64,000 bases of DNA. Origin: Spirochaetia bacterium. Lineage in GTDB: Bacteria; Spirochaetota; Spirochaetia; SZUA-6; Bin103. The notes under the pieces were generated by a model. That model was not told where the DNA came from. It saw only the letters and a list, made by a program, of their open reading frames with translations, and did no database searches. A program made the position numbers and the translations under genes. Position 1 is the first letter of the stretch. Each line of letters starts with the position of its first letter. The stretch is from positions 224,001 through 288,000 of the forward strand of contig OZ241863.1 of NCBI GenBank assembly GCA_965203055.1, in the 5' to 3' direction. Shown in pieces: positions 10,658 through 18,854 of this stretch.

Positions 10658-12004
10658 TCACCGGTCTACCGGCACCTCACGATCCTCGCCGGGGCGCCCA
10701 AATCCGGCGCCGACGTGGCGGTAGCGGTGATGGGCGGCGCACAGCAGGCGGAGATTGTTCGGCTCGGCGGCGCCGCCGCGGGCATACGGCACCACGTGAT
10801 CGATCTGCAGCAGGTGTTGCGAGCCGCAGCGGCGCCCGCTGGTGCGGTCCACGTAGCGGCAGCGGCCCCGGTCGCGCCGCCACACCTCGCGCTTGACCGC
10901 CGCCGGGATGGCGCGGCCGGTCGCGCCGCCGGCCTTCGCTGGCGAAGTTTCGGTCCGCGCCGCCGTCGCAGCCGGCCGGCCGAGGCGCCGCGTCTTCGGC
11001 GCCGAAGTGGTGTCGGTCGCCGGCTTCGCTGCCGAACTGTCCGGGCGGTCAGCGGCTTGGTCTCCCGGCTGCGCCGGCGCCTGAGCCGATACCTTCGCCG
11101 CCGAAGGAGCGGCGCTGTCCGCGCCGGCCTCCTGCTTCGCTGCCGAAGCGGCGCCGCAAGCCGAGGCCGCCTGCGTCTTCGGCGCCGAAGTCTGCTCGGC
11201 GCCTTTGGCCGGCGCGGTGCGCCGCCCGCGCGGCGGCCGGGCCGGATCGTGACGGTCGAGCCCTTCCCGCACCAGCCGCCCCATGAGCTGCCCCATCGTC
11301 ATGCGTGGTTCGACGTGGGACAGGAGGCCCTTGATCTGCTCCAAGCCGCGCCGGCACTCATCGTCGATCACCGCCTTGAGTTCCCAGCGCCCGCCGCCCA
11401 GGGGCCGCACCCGATCAGCCGGCGCCGCCAGCTCCGGGTCCACCTCGGCCAGCAACTGCATCACCTCCCGGCTGCTCTTGCCGGACGCCCGCTCCACCAG
11501 CTCCCGCCGCGCCTCCGAGTCCAGCACCGGCTCCGGCGCCGACACCGGCTTCCGCTCCGCCGGCCGCGGCGGCGCCGAGCCCTCCTGCGACTGAGCGGCA
11601 GCCCCGAACCCGGTCCCGCCCGGCGCGCTACGCGCCGCCCGCTCCTTCTTGCGCTCCTGCCGGTCGAAGGCGTTCTGCAACTGCGCGGCCGCGTTCAGCG
11701 TCATCGTGCCACTCTGCAGGCGTTCGCGCACGCCCTCGACGTCAGCGCAGAGCCGCATCGCCTTGATGCGCCGCCACGCCGCGGCGTCGCTGTAACCCAG
11801 TTCGCGCACCGCGTAATCGAACAGGCTCGAGAACCCGCGGCGCAGATACAGGCGGCGCTTCTGAATCTCGCGCAGGTGGTCGATCACGACTACTTCAAGA
11901 TGGTGTTCGATGCCGGAAAGTTCCTTGGTCCGCTCCAGCAAGCGGTCGTCTGAGAGGGCGGATACGGTAGTGGTGACGGCCCCGTCTGGAGCATGTTTGT
12001 TCAT
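10658..12004 (-). CDS. HNH endonuclease with a DUF222-like N-terminal domain and a repetitive S(A/P)(A/P)K linker
   Basis: C-terminal RDRGRC...C...QIDHVVPYARGG...NNLRLLCAAHH is an HNH fold; the N-terminal GFSSLFDY..ELGYS..AAWRR pattern is DUF222-like. Confidence 0.85.
   Translation of the reverse strand: MNKHAPDGAVTTTVSALSDDRLLERTKELSGIEHHLEVVVIDHLREIQKRRLYLRRGFSSLFDYAVRELGYSDAAAWRRIKAMRLCADVEGVRERLQSGTMTLNAAAQLQNAFDRQERKKERAARSAPGGTGFGAAAQSQEGSAPPRPAERKPVSAPEPVLDSEARRELVERASGKSSREVMQLLAEVDPELAAPADRVRPLGGGRWELKAVIDDECRRGLEQIKGLLSHVEPRMTMGQLMGRLVREGLDRHDPARPPRGRRTAPAKGAEQTSAPKTQAASACGAASAAKQEAGADSAAPSAAKVSAQAPAQPGDQAADRPDSSAAKPATDTTSAPKTRRLGRPAATAARTETSPAKAGGATGRAIPAAVKREVWRRDRGRCRYVDRTSGRRCGSQHLLQIDHVVPYARGGAAEPNNLRLLCAAHHRYRHVGAGFGRPGEDREVPVDR
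10934..11190. repeat. Six interspaced 14-bp quasi-palindromes CTTCG-N4-CGAA(G/C) inside the HNH gene
   Basis: Copies start at 10934, 10994, 11024, 11093, 11135 and 11177; spacers are 46, 16, 55, 28 and 28 nt. Confidence 0.9.
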
Positions 12005-12126
12005 GACATAAGTACAATCATGGAAACTACTTGAGTCAAGTTATTCGGCCCGGAAGATGCCACCTGAGGGCGTGACTCGGCGGGCATTCCAAGCGGCTGC
12101 CGAGACGAGAATGTCGCCGGCGTCGA

Positions 12127-12254
12127 GCGGCAGGGTTTCTTCTTACGGCCCCAGGCGGCCTCGTCGATGGAATGTCGCTCCAGCCGCAGGCGTCGAGCGT
12201 GGCGCGGTACTTGTAGTACGCCTGTCCGGCGGCTTCGAGGGCGGGATCGGGTAC
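12127..12254 (-). pseudogene. Deleted remnant of the C-terminus of a type IIG/IIL (Eco57I/MmeI-like) restriction-modification enzyme
   Basis: Minus-strand peptides PDPALEAAGQAYYKYRAT, LDACGWSDIP and, in a shifted frame, IDEAAWGRKKKPCR recall successive blocks of that family; recognised from memory only. Confidence 0.5.
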
Positions 12255-12306
12255 AACAAATTGGAAGTGCGCCCGTAGGTACCTGGGAAGTAGCACTCTC
12301 TCTTGG

Positions 12307-12561
12307 TCATGGATCGTCAGTATAGCCGTCCGGCGCCTCTACCGGGCGGGCGAAGTCTGGCCGCTCCTGTTCTTCGTCGAAGGCGTACCAGCCGTCGCGG
12401 GCGAGGACGGCCAAGCTGCCGTCCGGCAGCCGCACCATCAAGTCCCACTGCTCCGGCGGCAGGGGGACCCTCTTGATATGCTCCTTCATCTCCTTGATGG
12501 TGAGGGGGCGGCGGCGGCAGGGGCGTCCGTGGTAGTCGCTGTCTACGTTCTCGTCAGCCAT
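12307..12561 (-). CDS. Hypothetical 84-aa protein
   Basis: ATG at 12561 (MADENVDSDY...), coding-like composition, no recognised motif. Confidence 0.5.
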   Translation of the reverse strand: MADENVDSDYHGRPCRRRPLTIKEMKEHIKRVPLPPEQWDLMVRLPDGSLAVLARDGWYAFDEEQERPDFARPVEAPDGYTDDP

Positions 12562-12597
12562 CCGACCCGCTCGAACAGCATATATCGAACTGCAGCG

Positions 12598-12681
12598 CCA
12601 GGTACAGCAGAGAGGTCGCGGCAGCTCGACCGCCGGCTCCTCCAGGAGGTGGAGCTCGTCCCAACCGGCGTCCGGGCTCAT
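12598..12681 (-). pseudogene. N-terminal stub of a type I restriction subunit HsdR
   Basis: MSPDAGWDELHLLEEPAVEL resembles HsdR N-termini and starts in an ATGA overlap with the hsdS stop; the rest is absent. Confidence 0.5.
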
Positions 12682-13937
12682 GCGGCTTCCGTATTCGGAG
12701 TGACGCGAAGTTCACCATCGAGAAGTAGGGGCATAAGGCCGCGCTTGGCCTCGGTCAATTTCGCCACGCGCTCCTGATTGACTTCAATGACGTGGTCTAC
12801 GCTGGATAGTACATGGACAATCTGCTCCTGCTCAGCAAGTGGAGGAACCAGCACGCCACAGGTGAGAAACTTGCTCTTGCTGACGATTGGCACCGCGGTC
12901 ATTCCCGCAAGGCCAACAAGTGTGCCGGATGCGAAAGACAAAGCATAGTAGAGATATTCTGACAAAACAGCGTCACCGGTTATGACGCTGTTGATCTGCT
13001 GATTCGTGCAGCATCTTTCTACGGCTATACCGACCTTACCAATGGTCCCGATGCACGTTACCATGACTGACCCCGGTGGTATTTCTCGCACCTGAGCAAG
13101 ACCATCTTCGGAAACATGGCGGCCGGTAGTGCTGACTCTCTTGGCTTTTCCAAGATCGGTTGGCGTAACGAAGGGAATCTCGCCGTTCCAGAAGGTATGA
13201 TTGCTAGTGCTCGGCGTACTTCCGGTTACTACCTCTCCAATCTCCGCAATGGTTTTACGATCCCAGCCGTCGGGAATATCACCTGCTTCTATCTGCTTGA
13301 ACCGCGTATGTCGTCCCGGCAGGCCGCGTGTCAGCATTACCTGCATCAGGCCGCGCTTGACGATCTGCGCTTGGTCGATGACCGCCTGGGTCTTCTCGAT
13401 GGCGTCGTCTATTGACGAAAGGATCGCGGCAATCTTGCGCTGTTCCGGGATTGAGGGAAGGGGTATCCTTACACGATTGATGTCAGCCGCACGTAAGCCG
13501 AATCGCGTAATGCCGTTTGCATACATCTGAAACTGCCGCTTGGCACTTTTCTCGCTGAGGGCATAGTGAAGAAACCGTCCGTCCAGATTGGCTTTCAGTG
13601 GACGAAGAATCGCAAGATGATATCCGCATACCAAGTTCGGTACTTCATCACCTACTACCGCGGGCACTCCGATATCGTCAGGGGTCTCTGAATCCTTCGT
13701 GATGATTACATCACCGACTCTCAATCGACAATTCTGAATCTCCCGTTCAGTAGCTGTCGCCTCCATATAGTCCATGTCAGCACGAATGACGTTGTGATTG
13801 TATACGTCGGAGTAGTTGCAGAGCCTTACAGAGCGCTCTCCGTCTACGGTCTTCTTGTCAACGCCGCTGAGACGCAGATCGACGACGTCAGCCAACGCAG
13901 TCCAAGGCCAACTCTCATTATCCTGGTTACCTCTCAC
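12678..13937 (-). CDS. hsdS: Type I restriction-modification specificity subunit (two TRDs), orphan in this window
   Basis: Conserved repeats IPLPSIPEQRKIAAILSSID...KRGLMQ and VPPLAEQEQIVHVLSSVD...KRGLM; TGSTPST and TNQQINS; lower GC. Confidence 0.93.
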   Translation of the reverse strand: MRGNQDNESWPWTALADVVDLRLSGVDKKTVDGERSVRLCNYSDVYNHNVIRADMDYMEATATEREIQNCRLRVGDVIITKDSETPDDIGVPAVVGDEVPNLVCGYHLAILRPLKANLDGRFLHYALSEKSAKRQFQMYANGITRFGLRAADINRVRIPLPSIPEQRKIAAILSSIDDAIEKTQAVIDQAQIVKRGLMQVMLTRGLPGRHTRFKQIEAGDIPDGWDRKTIAEIGEVVTGSTPSTSNHTFWNGEIPFVTPTDLGKAKRVSTTGRHVSEDGLAQVREIPPGSVMVTCIGTIGKVGIAVERCCTNQQINSVITGDAVLSEYLYYALSFASGTLVGLAGMTAVPIVSKSKFLTCGVLVPPLAEQEQIVHVLSSVDHVIEVNQERVAKLTEAKRGLMPLLLDGELRVTPNTEAA

Positions 13938-13943
13938 GCTGAC

Positions 13944-13971
13944 ATAATACTATCGGCGCCATCAGTGGCAA
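13944..13971 (-). promoter_or_regulatory. Putative promoter for a leaderless hsdS mRNA
   Basis: Minus strand reads TTGCCA-N16-TATTAT-N6-GTG. Confidence 0.55.
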
Positions 13972-14002
13972 CTGCGGCTCCTGTCCATGCTTCGGGCGCG
14001 GT

Positions 14003-15256
14003 TCAGAATCGGTCGGCGCGGAACAGCTCCATGTCCAGGGAGGGTTTGCGGCCCAGGGCGAGGTCCGCCACCGCCTGGCCGCTGGCCGGTCCCAGCGACA
14101 TGCCGATCATGCCGTGGCCGGTGGCCAGCAGCAGGTTGTCGAGGCCGCGCGGGCGGCCCAGGATCGGCAGCGAGTCCGCTGACAGGGGGCGCATGCCGCG
14201 CCAGATTTCCAGCGTCTCCAACTCCTCCATGCCGGCGAGGTAGCGCGGCGGAGCGCGGCGGATGGCGGCCAGCCGGCGCGGGTTCACGCGGCGGTCGTTG
14301 CCGGCCAGTTCCAGGGTGCCGCCGATGCGCATGCGATCCGGGCCGAACGGGGTGAGCACCACCCGTTCCGCGTGAAAGTGGAGCGGGATTGGCGGACAGG
14401 CCGCCGGCCGGCGCACGGTGATGCTGTAGCCCTTGGCCGGCTGCACCGGCACCCGCAGCCCCACGCCGCGGCTCAGCTCCGGGCTCAGAAAGCCGGCAGC
14501 CAGCACGATCACGCGCGGGCGCAGGGTGCCGCGGCTGGTGCGCACCGCCGTCACCCGCCCCCCGCGGCGCTCCAGGGAGAACACGGCGGCCTGCTCGTGC
14601 ACGACGGCGCCGCGGCGGGCGGCGGCCGCGGCCAGCGCGCGCACGAAGGCGCCGGGGATGAGGCGCCCGTCCCGGCGGTAGTGCACCGCTCCCAGCACGT
14701 CCCGCTTCAGCCCGGGCAGCAGCGCGCCGAGCCGCTCCCGGTCCACCACTGCCAGGTCGATGCCCGCCTCCTGCTCGCGCCGCGCCGCGGCGACGGCCGC
14801 TTCCCACTCCGGTTCCTCGCGGTACAGGAACAGGCCGCCCTTGCGCTCGTAGTCCACCTCCGGCGGGAGCTCGGCGGCCAGCTCGGCGTACAGCTCCTGG
14901 CTGGCGCACTGCCAGCGGTACAGCACCGGCTCCGCCGCGGCGCAGCGCCGCGCCGCGCACGCCGCCCGGAAGCGCAGCAGCCAGCGCAGCAGGTCGAGGT
15001 CCCAGCGCGGCTTGACGTACAGCGGGCTCTCGCCATCGAGCAGCCAGCGCAGGCTGCCCCCGATCACCCCCGGTTCCGCCACCGGCCGCGAGTGGCTCGG
15101 TACCAGCAGGCCGATGTTGCCGTACGAGCTGGCCATGGGACCGCCTACCTGATGCTCCTCCAACACGGTGACCGCGGCCCCGGCCCGCGCCAGGTAGTAC
15201 GCGGTGCACGTGCCGATCACGCCGCCGCCGATCACCAGCACTTCCGCTTCGGACAT
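14003..15256 (-). CDS. FAD-dependent D-amino acid dehydrogenase (DadA-like)
   Basis: VIGGGVIG, ASSYGNIG, PAKGYS, WRGMRPLSADSLPILG and ATGHGMIGMSLGP. Confidence 0.9.
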   Translation of the reverse strand: MSEAEVLVIGGGVIGTCTAYYLARAGAAVTVLEEHQVGGPMASSYGNIGLLVPSHSRPVAEPGVIGGSLRWLLDGESPLYVKPRWDLDLLRWLLRFRAACAARRCAAAEPVLYRWQCASQELYAELAAELPPEVDYERKGGLFLYREEPEWEAAVAAARREQEAGIDLAVVDRERLGALLPGLKRDVLGAVHYRRDGRLIPGAFVRALAAAAARRGAVVHEQAAVFSLERRGGRVTAVRTSRGTLRPRVIVLAAGFLSPELSRGVGLRVPVQPAKGYSITVRRPAACPPIPLHFHAERVVLTPFGPDRMRIGGTLELAGNDRRVNPRRLAAIRRAPPRYLAGMEELETLEIWRGMRPLSADSLPILGRPRGLDNLLLATGHGMIGMSLGPASGQAVADLALGRKPSLDMELFRADRF

Positions 15257-15341
15257 CGTTCACCTCCTCCGCGCCGATGGTACTCGGTCAGCGCCCGCGC
15301 CGGCCATGGAACTCCGCTACCGGCCGGGGCATACTGCGCCG

Positions 15342-16136
15342 GTGGAAACGTTGGCCGGGACCACCGACATCTACGGTGGCGTCATCATCGACCCGCAGCG
15401 CTTGCCCGGCGATGCGGCGCGCTTCCGGGAACGGCTCGCCGCTTCGGTCGCCGCCTGGCGGCGCGAGCGGCGGCGGCTGGTCTGGCTGGAGATACCGCAC
15501 GCCGCCGCCGCGCTGGTGCCGGTCGCCGCGGCGGCGGGGTTCTCGTTTCACCACGCGGAAGCGGGCAAGCTGATGATGACCCTGCCGTTGAGCGGCGACG
15601 CCTACATCCCCCACTACGCCACCCACAACATCGGCGCCGGCGGCGTGGTGATCGACGCCGGCCAGCGCCTGCTGGTGGTGAACGAACGCTATCGCAGAGA
15701 CCGCAGCAAGCCCTACTACAAGCTGCCGGGCGGCTTGCTCGACCCGCAGGAGGACCTGGCGGCGGCGGTGGAGCGCGAGGTGGCCGAGGAGACCGGCGTG
15801 CAGGCCGAGTTCCGGGGCGTGGTATGCCTCCGCCACCGCCACCAGTTCCGCTTCGGCCGCTCCGACTTCTACGTCGTGTGCCGCCTGCGCCCGCTCAGCA
15901 GCGCGCTGCGGCGCGATCCGCGGGAGATCGAGGAGTGCCGCTGGATGCCGGTCGCCGAGTACCTCGCCTCACCCTACGTGGGGCAGTTCAACCGCACGGT
16001 GGTGCGCCAGGCCCTGCAGGGACCGGCGCTCGCGCCGCTCGCCCTGGAGCAGCCGCAGGACTACGAGTTCTTCGCTCCCCAGGGACCACCGGGACCGCAG
16101 GAATCGCAGGGCGCGCCGGGCGCGGATTCGCATTGA
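15342..16136 (+). CDS. NUDIX hydrolase (NUDT6-like)
   Basis: KLPGGLLDPQEDLAAAVEREVAEETG Nudix box, N-terminal DIYGGV and GFSFHHA; start uncertain (alternative ATG at 15306). Confidence 0.88.
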   Translation: METLAGTTDIYGGVIIDPQRLPGDAARFRERLAASVAAWRRERRRLVWLEIPHAAAALVPVAAAAGFSFHHAEAGKLMMTLPLSGDAYIPHYATHNIGAGGVVIDAGQRLLVVNERYRRDRSKPYYKLPGGLLDPQEDLAAAVEREVAEETGVQAEFRGVVCLRHRHQFRFGRSDFYVVCRLRPLSSALRRDPREIEECRWMPVAEYLASPYVGQFNRTVVRQALQGPALAPLALEQPQDYEFFAPQGPPGPQESQGAPGADSH

Positions 16137-16177
16137 GCCCGCCCGCCGGACTTCCGGGGGCGCCAAAGGTCTCACGG

Positions 16178-17155
16178 TCAGCGCGCTCCGGCGCGCGGGG
16201 CGCGGTAGTCGGCCTGGGGCGTGGGCACCGTGTTCAGCGCATCCTCCACCACCGACGTGTCCGAAACTCCGCGCACCCAGTACTCCGGCTGCAACAGCAG
16301 GCGGTGCGCCAGCGCGATGGCCGCCACGCTCTTCACGTCTTCCGGCGTCACGAAGTCGCGCTCGTCCAGCACCGCCGCGGCCCGCGCCAGCTTGAACAGC
16401 GCGAACACCCCGCGCGGCGAGGCCCCGACCTGGATGCGGCCGTCGGCGCGGGTGGCGCGCGCCAGGTCGACGCTATACTTGGCAATCGCTTCGCTGACGT
16501 GCACCTCTTCCAGGGCGCGCTGCATCTCCAGCAGCTCCTGGTGGGATACGACCGGTTCCAGGGTCACGTCGTCCTGCTTGCGCTCCTGGCGCCGCAGGAG
16601 GATCTCCAGTTCCTGCTCCGGGTCGGGGTAGCCCACGCTGGTACGCATGATGAAGCGGTCCAGTTGCGCTTCGGGCAGCGGGTAGGTGCCCTCGAACTCC
16701 ACCGGATTCTGGGTGGCGATGACGATGAACGGAGGAGCGAGCGGAAAGCGGGCGCCCTCCACGGTGACCTGCCGCTCCTGCATCGCCTCCAGCAGGGCGG
16801 ATTGGGTCTTCGGCGTGGCGCGGTTGATCTCGTCGCCGAGCAGCAGGTGGGCGAACAACGGCCCGCGCCGGAACTCGAACTGCGCCTCCCGCTGGTTGTA
16901 GACGTAGCCGCCGGTGATCTCTCCCGGAAGCAGGTCGGGCGTGAACTGGATGCGGCTGAACTCGATGTCGAGCACCGCGGCGAAGGAGTGCGCGATCAGC
17001 GTCTTGGCCAGTCCGGGATTGTCCTGGATCAGGATGTGGCCGTCCGCCAGGATGCCCATGAGGATCTGCCTGAGCACCGCGTCCTTGCCGACGATCACCT
17101 GGCGCACGGAATCGATGACCTGTCGCGCCCGGTCGCTCACCTGCGGTAGTTGCAT
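16178..17155 (-). CDS. MoxR-family AAA+ ATPase
   Basis: PGLAKT, RIQFTPDLLP, DEINRATPKTQSALLEAMQE and ATQNPVEFEGTYPLPEAQLDRF. Confidence 0.95.
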   Translation of the reverse strand: MQLPQVSDRARQVIDSVRQVIVGKDAVLRQILMGILADGHILIQDNPGLAKTLIAHSFAAVLDIEFSRIQFTPDLLPGEITGGYVYNQREAQFEFRRGPLFAHLLLGDEINRATPKTQSALLEAMQERQVTVEGARFPLAPPFIVIATQNPVEFEGTYPLPEAQLDRFIMRTSVGYPDPEQELEILLRRQERKQDDVTLEPVVSHQELLEMQRALEEVHVSEAIAKYSVDLARATRADGRIQVGASPRGVFALFKLARAAAVLDERDFVTPEDVKSVAAIALAHRLLLQPEYWVRGVSDTSVVEDALNTVPTPQADYRAPRAGAR

Positions 17156-17325
17156 AGTCGGTAGTTGCTCTCCTGCGGCAGCGCCGGGATGCGCGGCGGC
17201 TGCCGGCTCAAAGCTACCACGAAACGCCGCCGCGGCGTGGCTTTGACACCCGCCGGGGCGCGTGCTGTAATGCCGCCGGCAAGGGGGGCTGAGGTACTGC
17301 GATCCGGTATCCGGGAAGAGCGGGC

Positions 17326-18318
17326 ATGACCCGCGTCGATCGTTGGCTGCAGCATGCCCGGCGGCTGCCGTTCCTGGGACCGCGCGCCGGCAGCCGCGAC
17401 ATCCTGCCCCTCGCCGCGGCCGCGTTGCTGGTGTGCGCTGCGCTGGTAATCGCCGTGGCCGCGCTGCCGCGGGTCGATCCGGTCACCGCCGGCGGCGGGG
17501 CGAGCATTCCGCTGGTACCCCGGCTGGGAGCCGCGGCCACCAATCTGCTGCTGCTGCTCGTGGCGCTCGGCACCCTCGGACTCGGCGCGCTGGCCGTGGC
17601 CTATCTGATCGTCGCCCTGCGCGACGACCGGGTCCGCTATCTGGCCGGCAACGCGCCGCCGTGGCGCATCATCCTGCTCCTGGTCGCCGGCATGCTGCTG
17701 TTCTACCTCGCGGTAGCGGTGGTGCTGTCGCTGCTGGTGCTCCCCGATGATCAACCGCAGCCCCCGCCGCCCGCGGAAGGCGAGGGCGAACCTGAGGAAG
17801 AGGCAGCCGCCGCGGAGCAGCCGGCGGAGGAGCCGGTGGATTCCTTGACCGCCGCCACCCGAGCGCGGCGTACGCGCCTGCTCCTCATCACCCTGCTGGG
17901 GGTGGGGTTCGCCGCGGCCGCCTACTTCGCCGTTCGCCTGCTGCGCGCCGCCCCGGAGCGCGAACCGGAGCAGGTGCGGCTGTCGGACGAGCTGCGCCGC
18001 GACTTGGCCGAGGCCGCGGAGCTGGCGATCGCCGAGCTGGAGGCGGATTCCGACTTTCGGCGCGCGGTGATCGGCTGCTGGGCCTACCTGGAACTGGCCC
18101 TGGCGCGGCACGAGCATCCGCGCCCGCGCCATCACACGCCGTTGGAATACGTGCGCGCCCTGGTGGTGGAAGTGCCGGCGCTGCCGGCGCCGGCCCTGCT
18201 GGAGTTGACCGGGCGCTATGAAGTGGCGCGTTTCAGCGAGCACCCCATCACCCGCGGCGACCGCGACACGGCGCTGCGCTGCCTGCACGACATCCGCCGC
18301 CGCCTGAGCCTGGCATGA
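17326..18318 (+). CDS. DUF4129-domain membrane protein
   Basis: TM helices followed by RRAVIGCW...TPLEY...LTGRYEVARFS. Confidence 0.75.
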   Translation: MTRVDRWLQHARRLPFLGPRAGSRDILPLAAAALLVCAALVIAVAALPRVDPVTAGGGASIPLVPRLGAAATNLLLLLVALGTLGLGALAVAYLIVALRDDRVRYLAGNAPPWRIILLLVAGMLLFYLAVAVVLSLLVLPDDQPQPPPPAEGEGEPEEEAAAAEQPAEEPVDSLTAATRARRTRLLLITLLGVGFAAAAYFAVRLLRAAPEREPEQVRLSDELRRDLAEAAELAIAELEADSDFRRAVIGCWAYLELALARHEHPRPRHHTPLEYVRALVVEVPALPAPALLELTGRYEVARFSEHPITRGDRDTALRCLHDIRRRLSLA

Positions 18319-18854
18319 GCGGCGCGGCCGACCGCGGGAGGCTGCAACCGCGCCCCTACGGCAGGCGCAGCGCAATCGTGCTCCTGATAGGCGCCGCCGG
18401 CCTGCTGGTGTGGGCGCTCACCGCGGGCGACGACCCGGCGCTGCGCACCGCCGCGGTCGGCGGCGTGGTGGCGCTGACGATCGCCGGCACCGCCATCCGC
18501 TACGCCCACCGCGCCATCCGCGAGCAACGCGGCGCGGCCCCGGAGGAGCCCGCGCCCGCCGCCGGCGCGCCCGAGCTGCCCGATTCCTATTCGCAACTCC
18601 TGCATCAACTCGACGCCGCGGTGCGCAGTCCCTCCTACCTGAGCGCGGTGCTGGTGCCGCGCCTGGAGGAGCTGCTGGAGGAGAAGCAGCCCGGCAGCGC
18701 CCGCGACCGGGTGCGCGGCCGGTTGCGGCGCCTGGCAGCCGCCGCGGCGCCGCGCTGGAGCCGCGGCTGGCTTGCCGCGCAACTGCTGCGCAACCGCCGC
18801 GCCACCGCCGCCGCGGTCGCGGCCGCGGCGCGCGACTTGGCGCGCCTGCCATGA
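18315..18854 (+). CDS. Hypothetical membrane protein
   Basis: Two TM segments; ATGA-coupled on both sides. Confidence 0.7.
   Translation: MSGAADRGRLQPRPYGRRSAIVLLIGAAGLLVWALTAGDDPALRTAAVGGVVALTIAGTAIRYAHRAIREQRGAAPEEPAPAAGAPELPDSYSQLLHQLDAAVRSPSYLSAVLVPRLEELLEEKQPGSARDRVRGRLRRLAAAAAPRWSRGWLAAQLLRNRRATAAAVAAAARDLARLP

Larger units (their letters stand above)
10564..12274 (-). mobile_element. Non-autonomous IS-end-bounded cassette carrying an HNH endonuclease
   Basis: 10564 GGGCGCATTTCCAAATGTAGGTA and the inverted ACAAATTGGAAGTGCGCCC ending at 12274 match the right and left TIRs of the IS at 49723-51245. The flanks are GTAGGTAGG and GTAGGTACC (7/9). No transposase inside. Confidence 0.7.

Noticed and set aside
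10934..11190. Canonical CRISPR array
   Set aside because: Repeats are only 14 bp with variable centres, spacers are irregular, all lie in frame within a CDS, and there are no cas genes. Kept only as an atypical repeat finding.
10658..12004. IscB/TnpB/Cas9-type RNA-guided nuclease
   Set aside because: No PLMP or RuvC motifs, the HNH domain is C-terminal, and the ends are DDE-type TIRs rather than IS200/IS605 hairpins.
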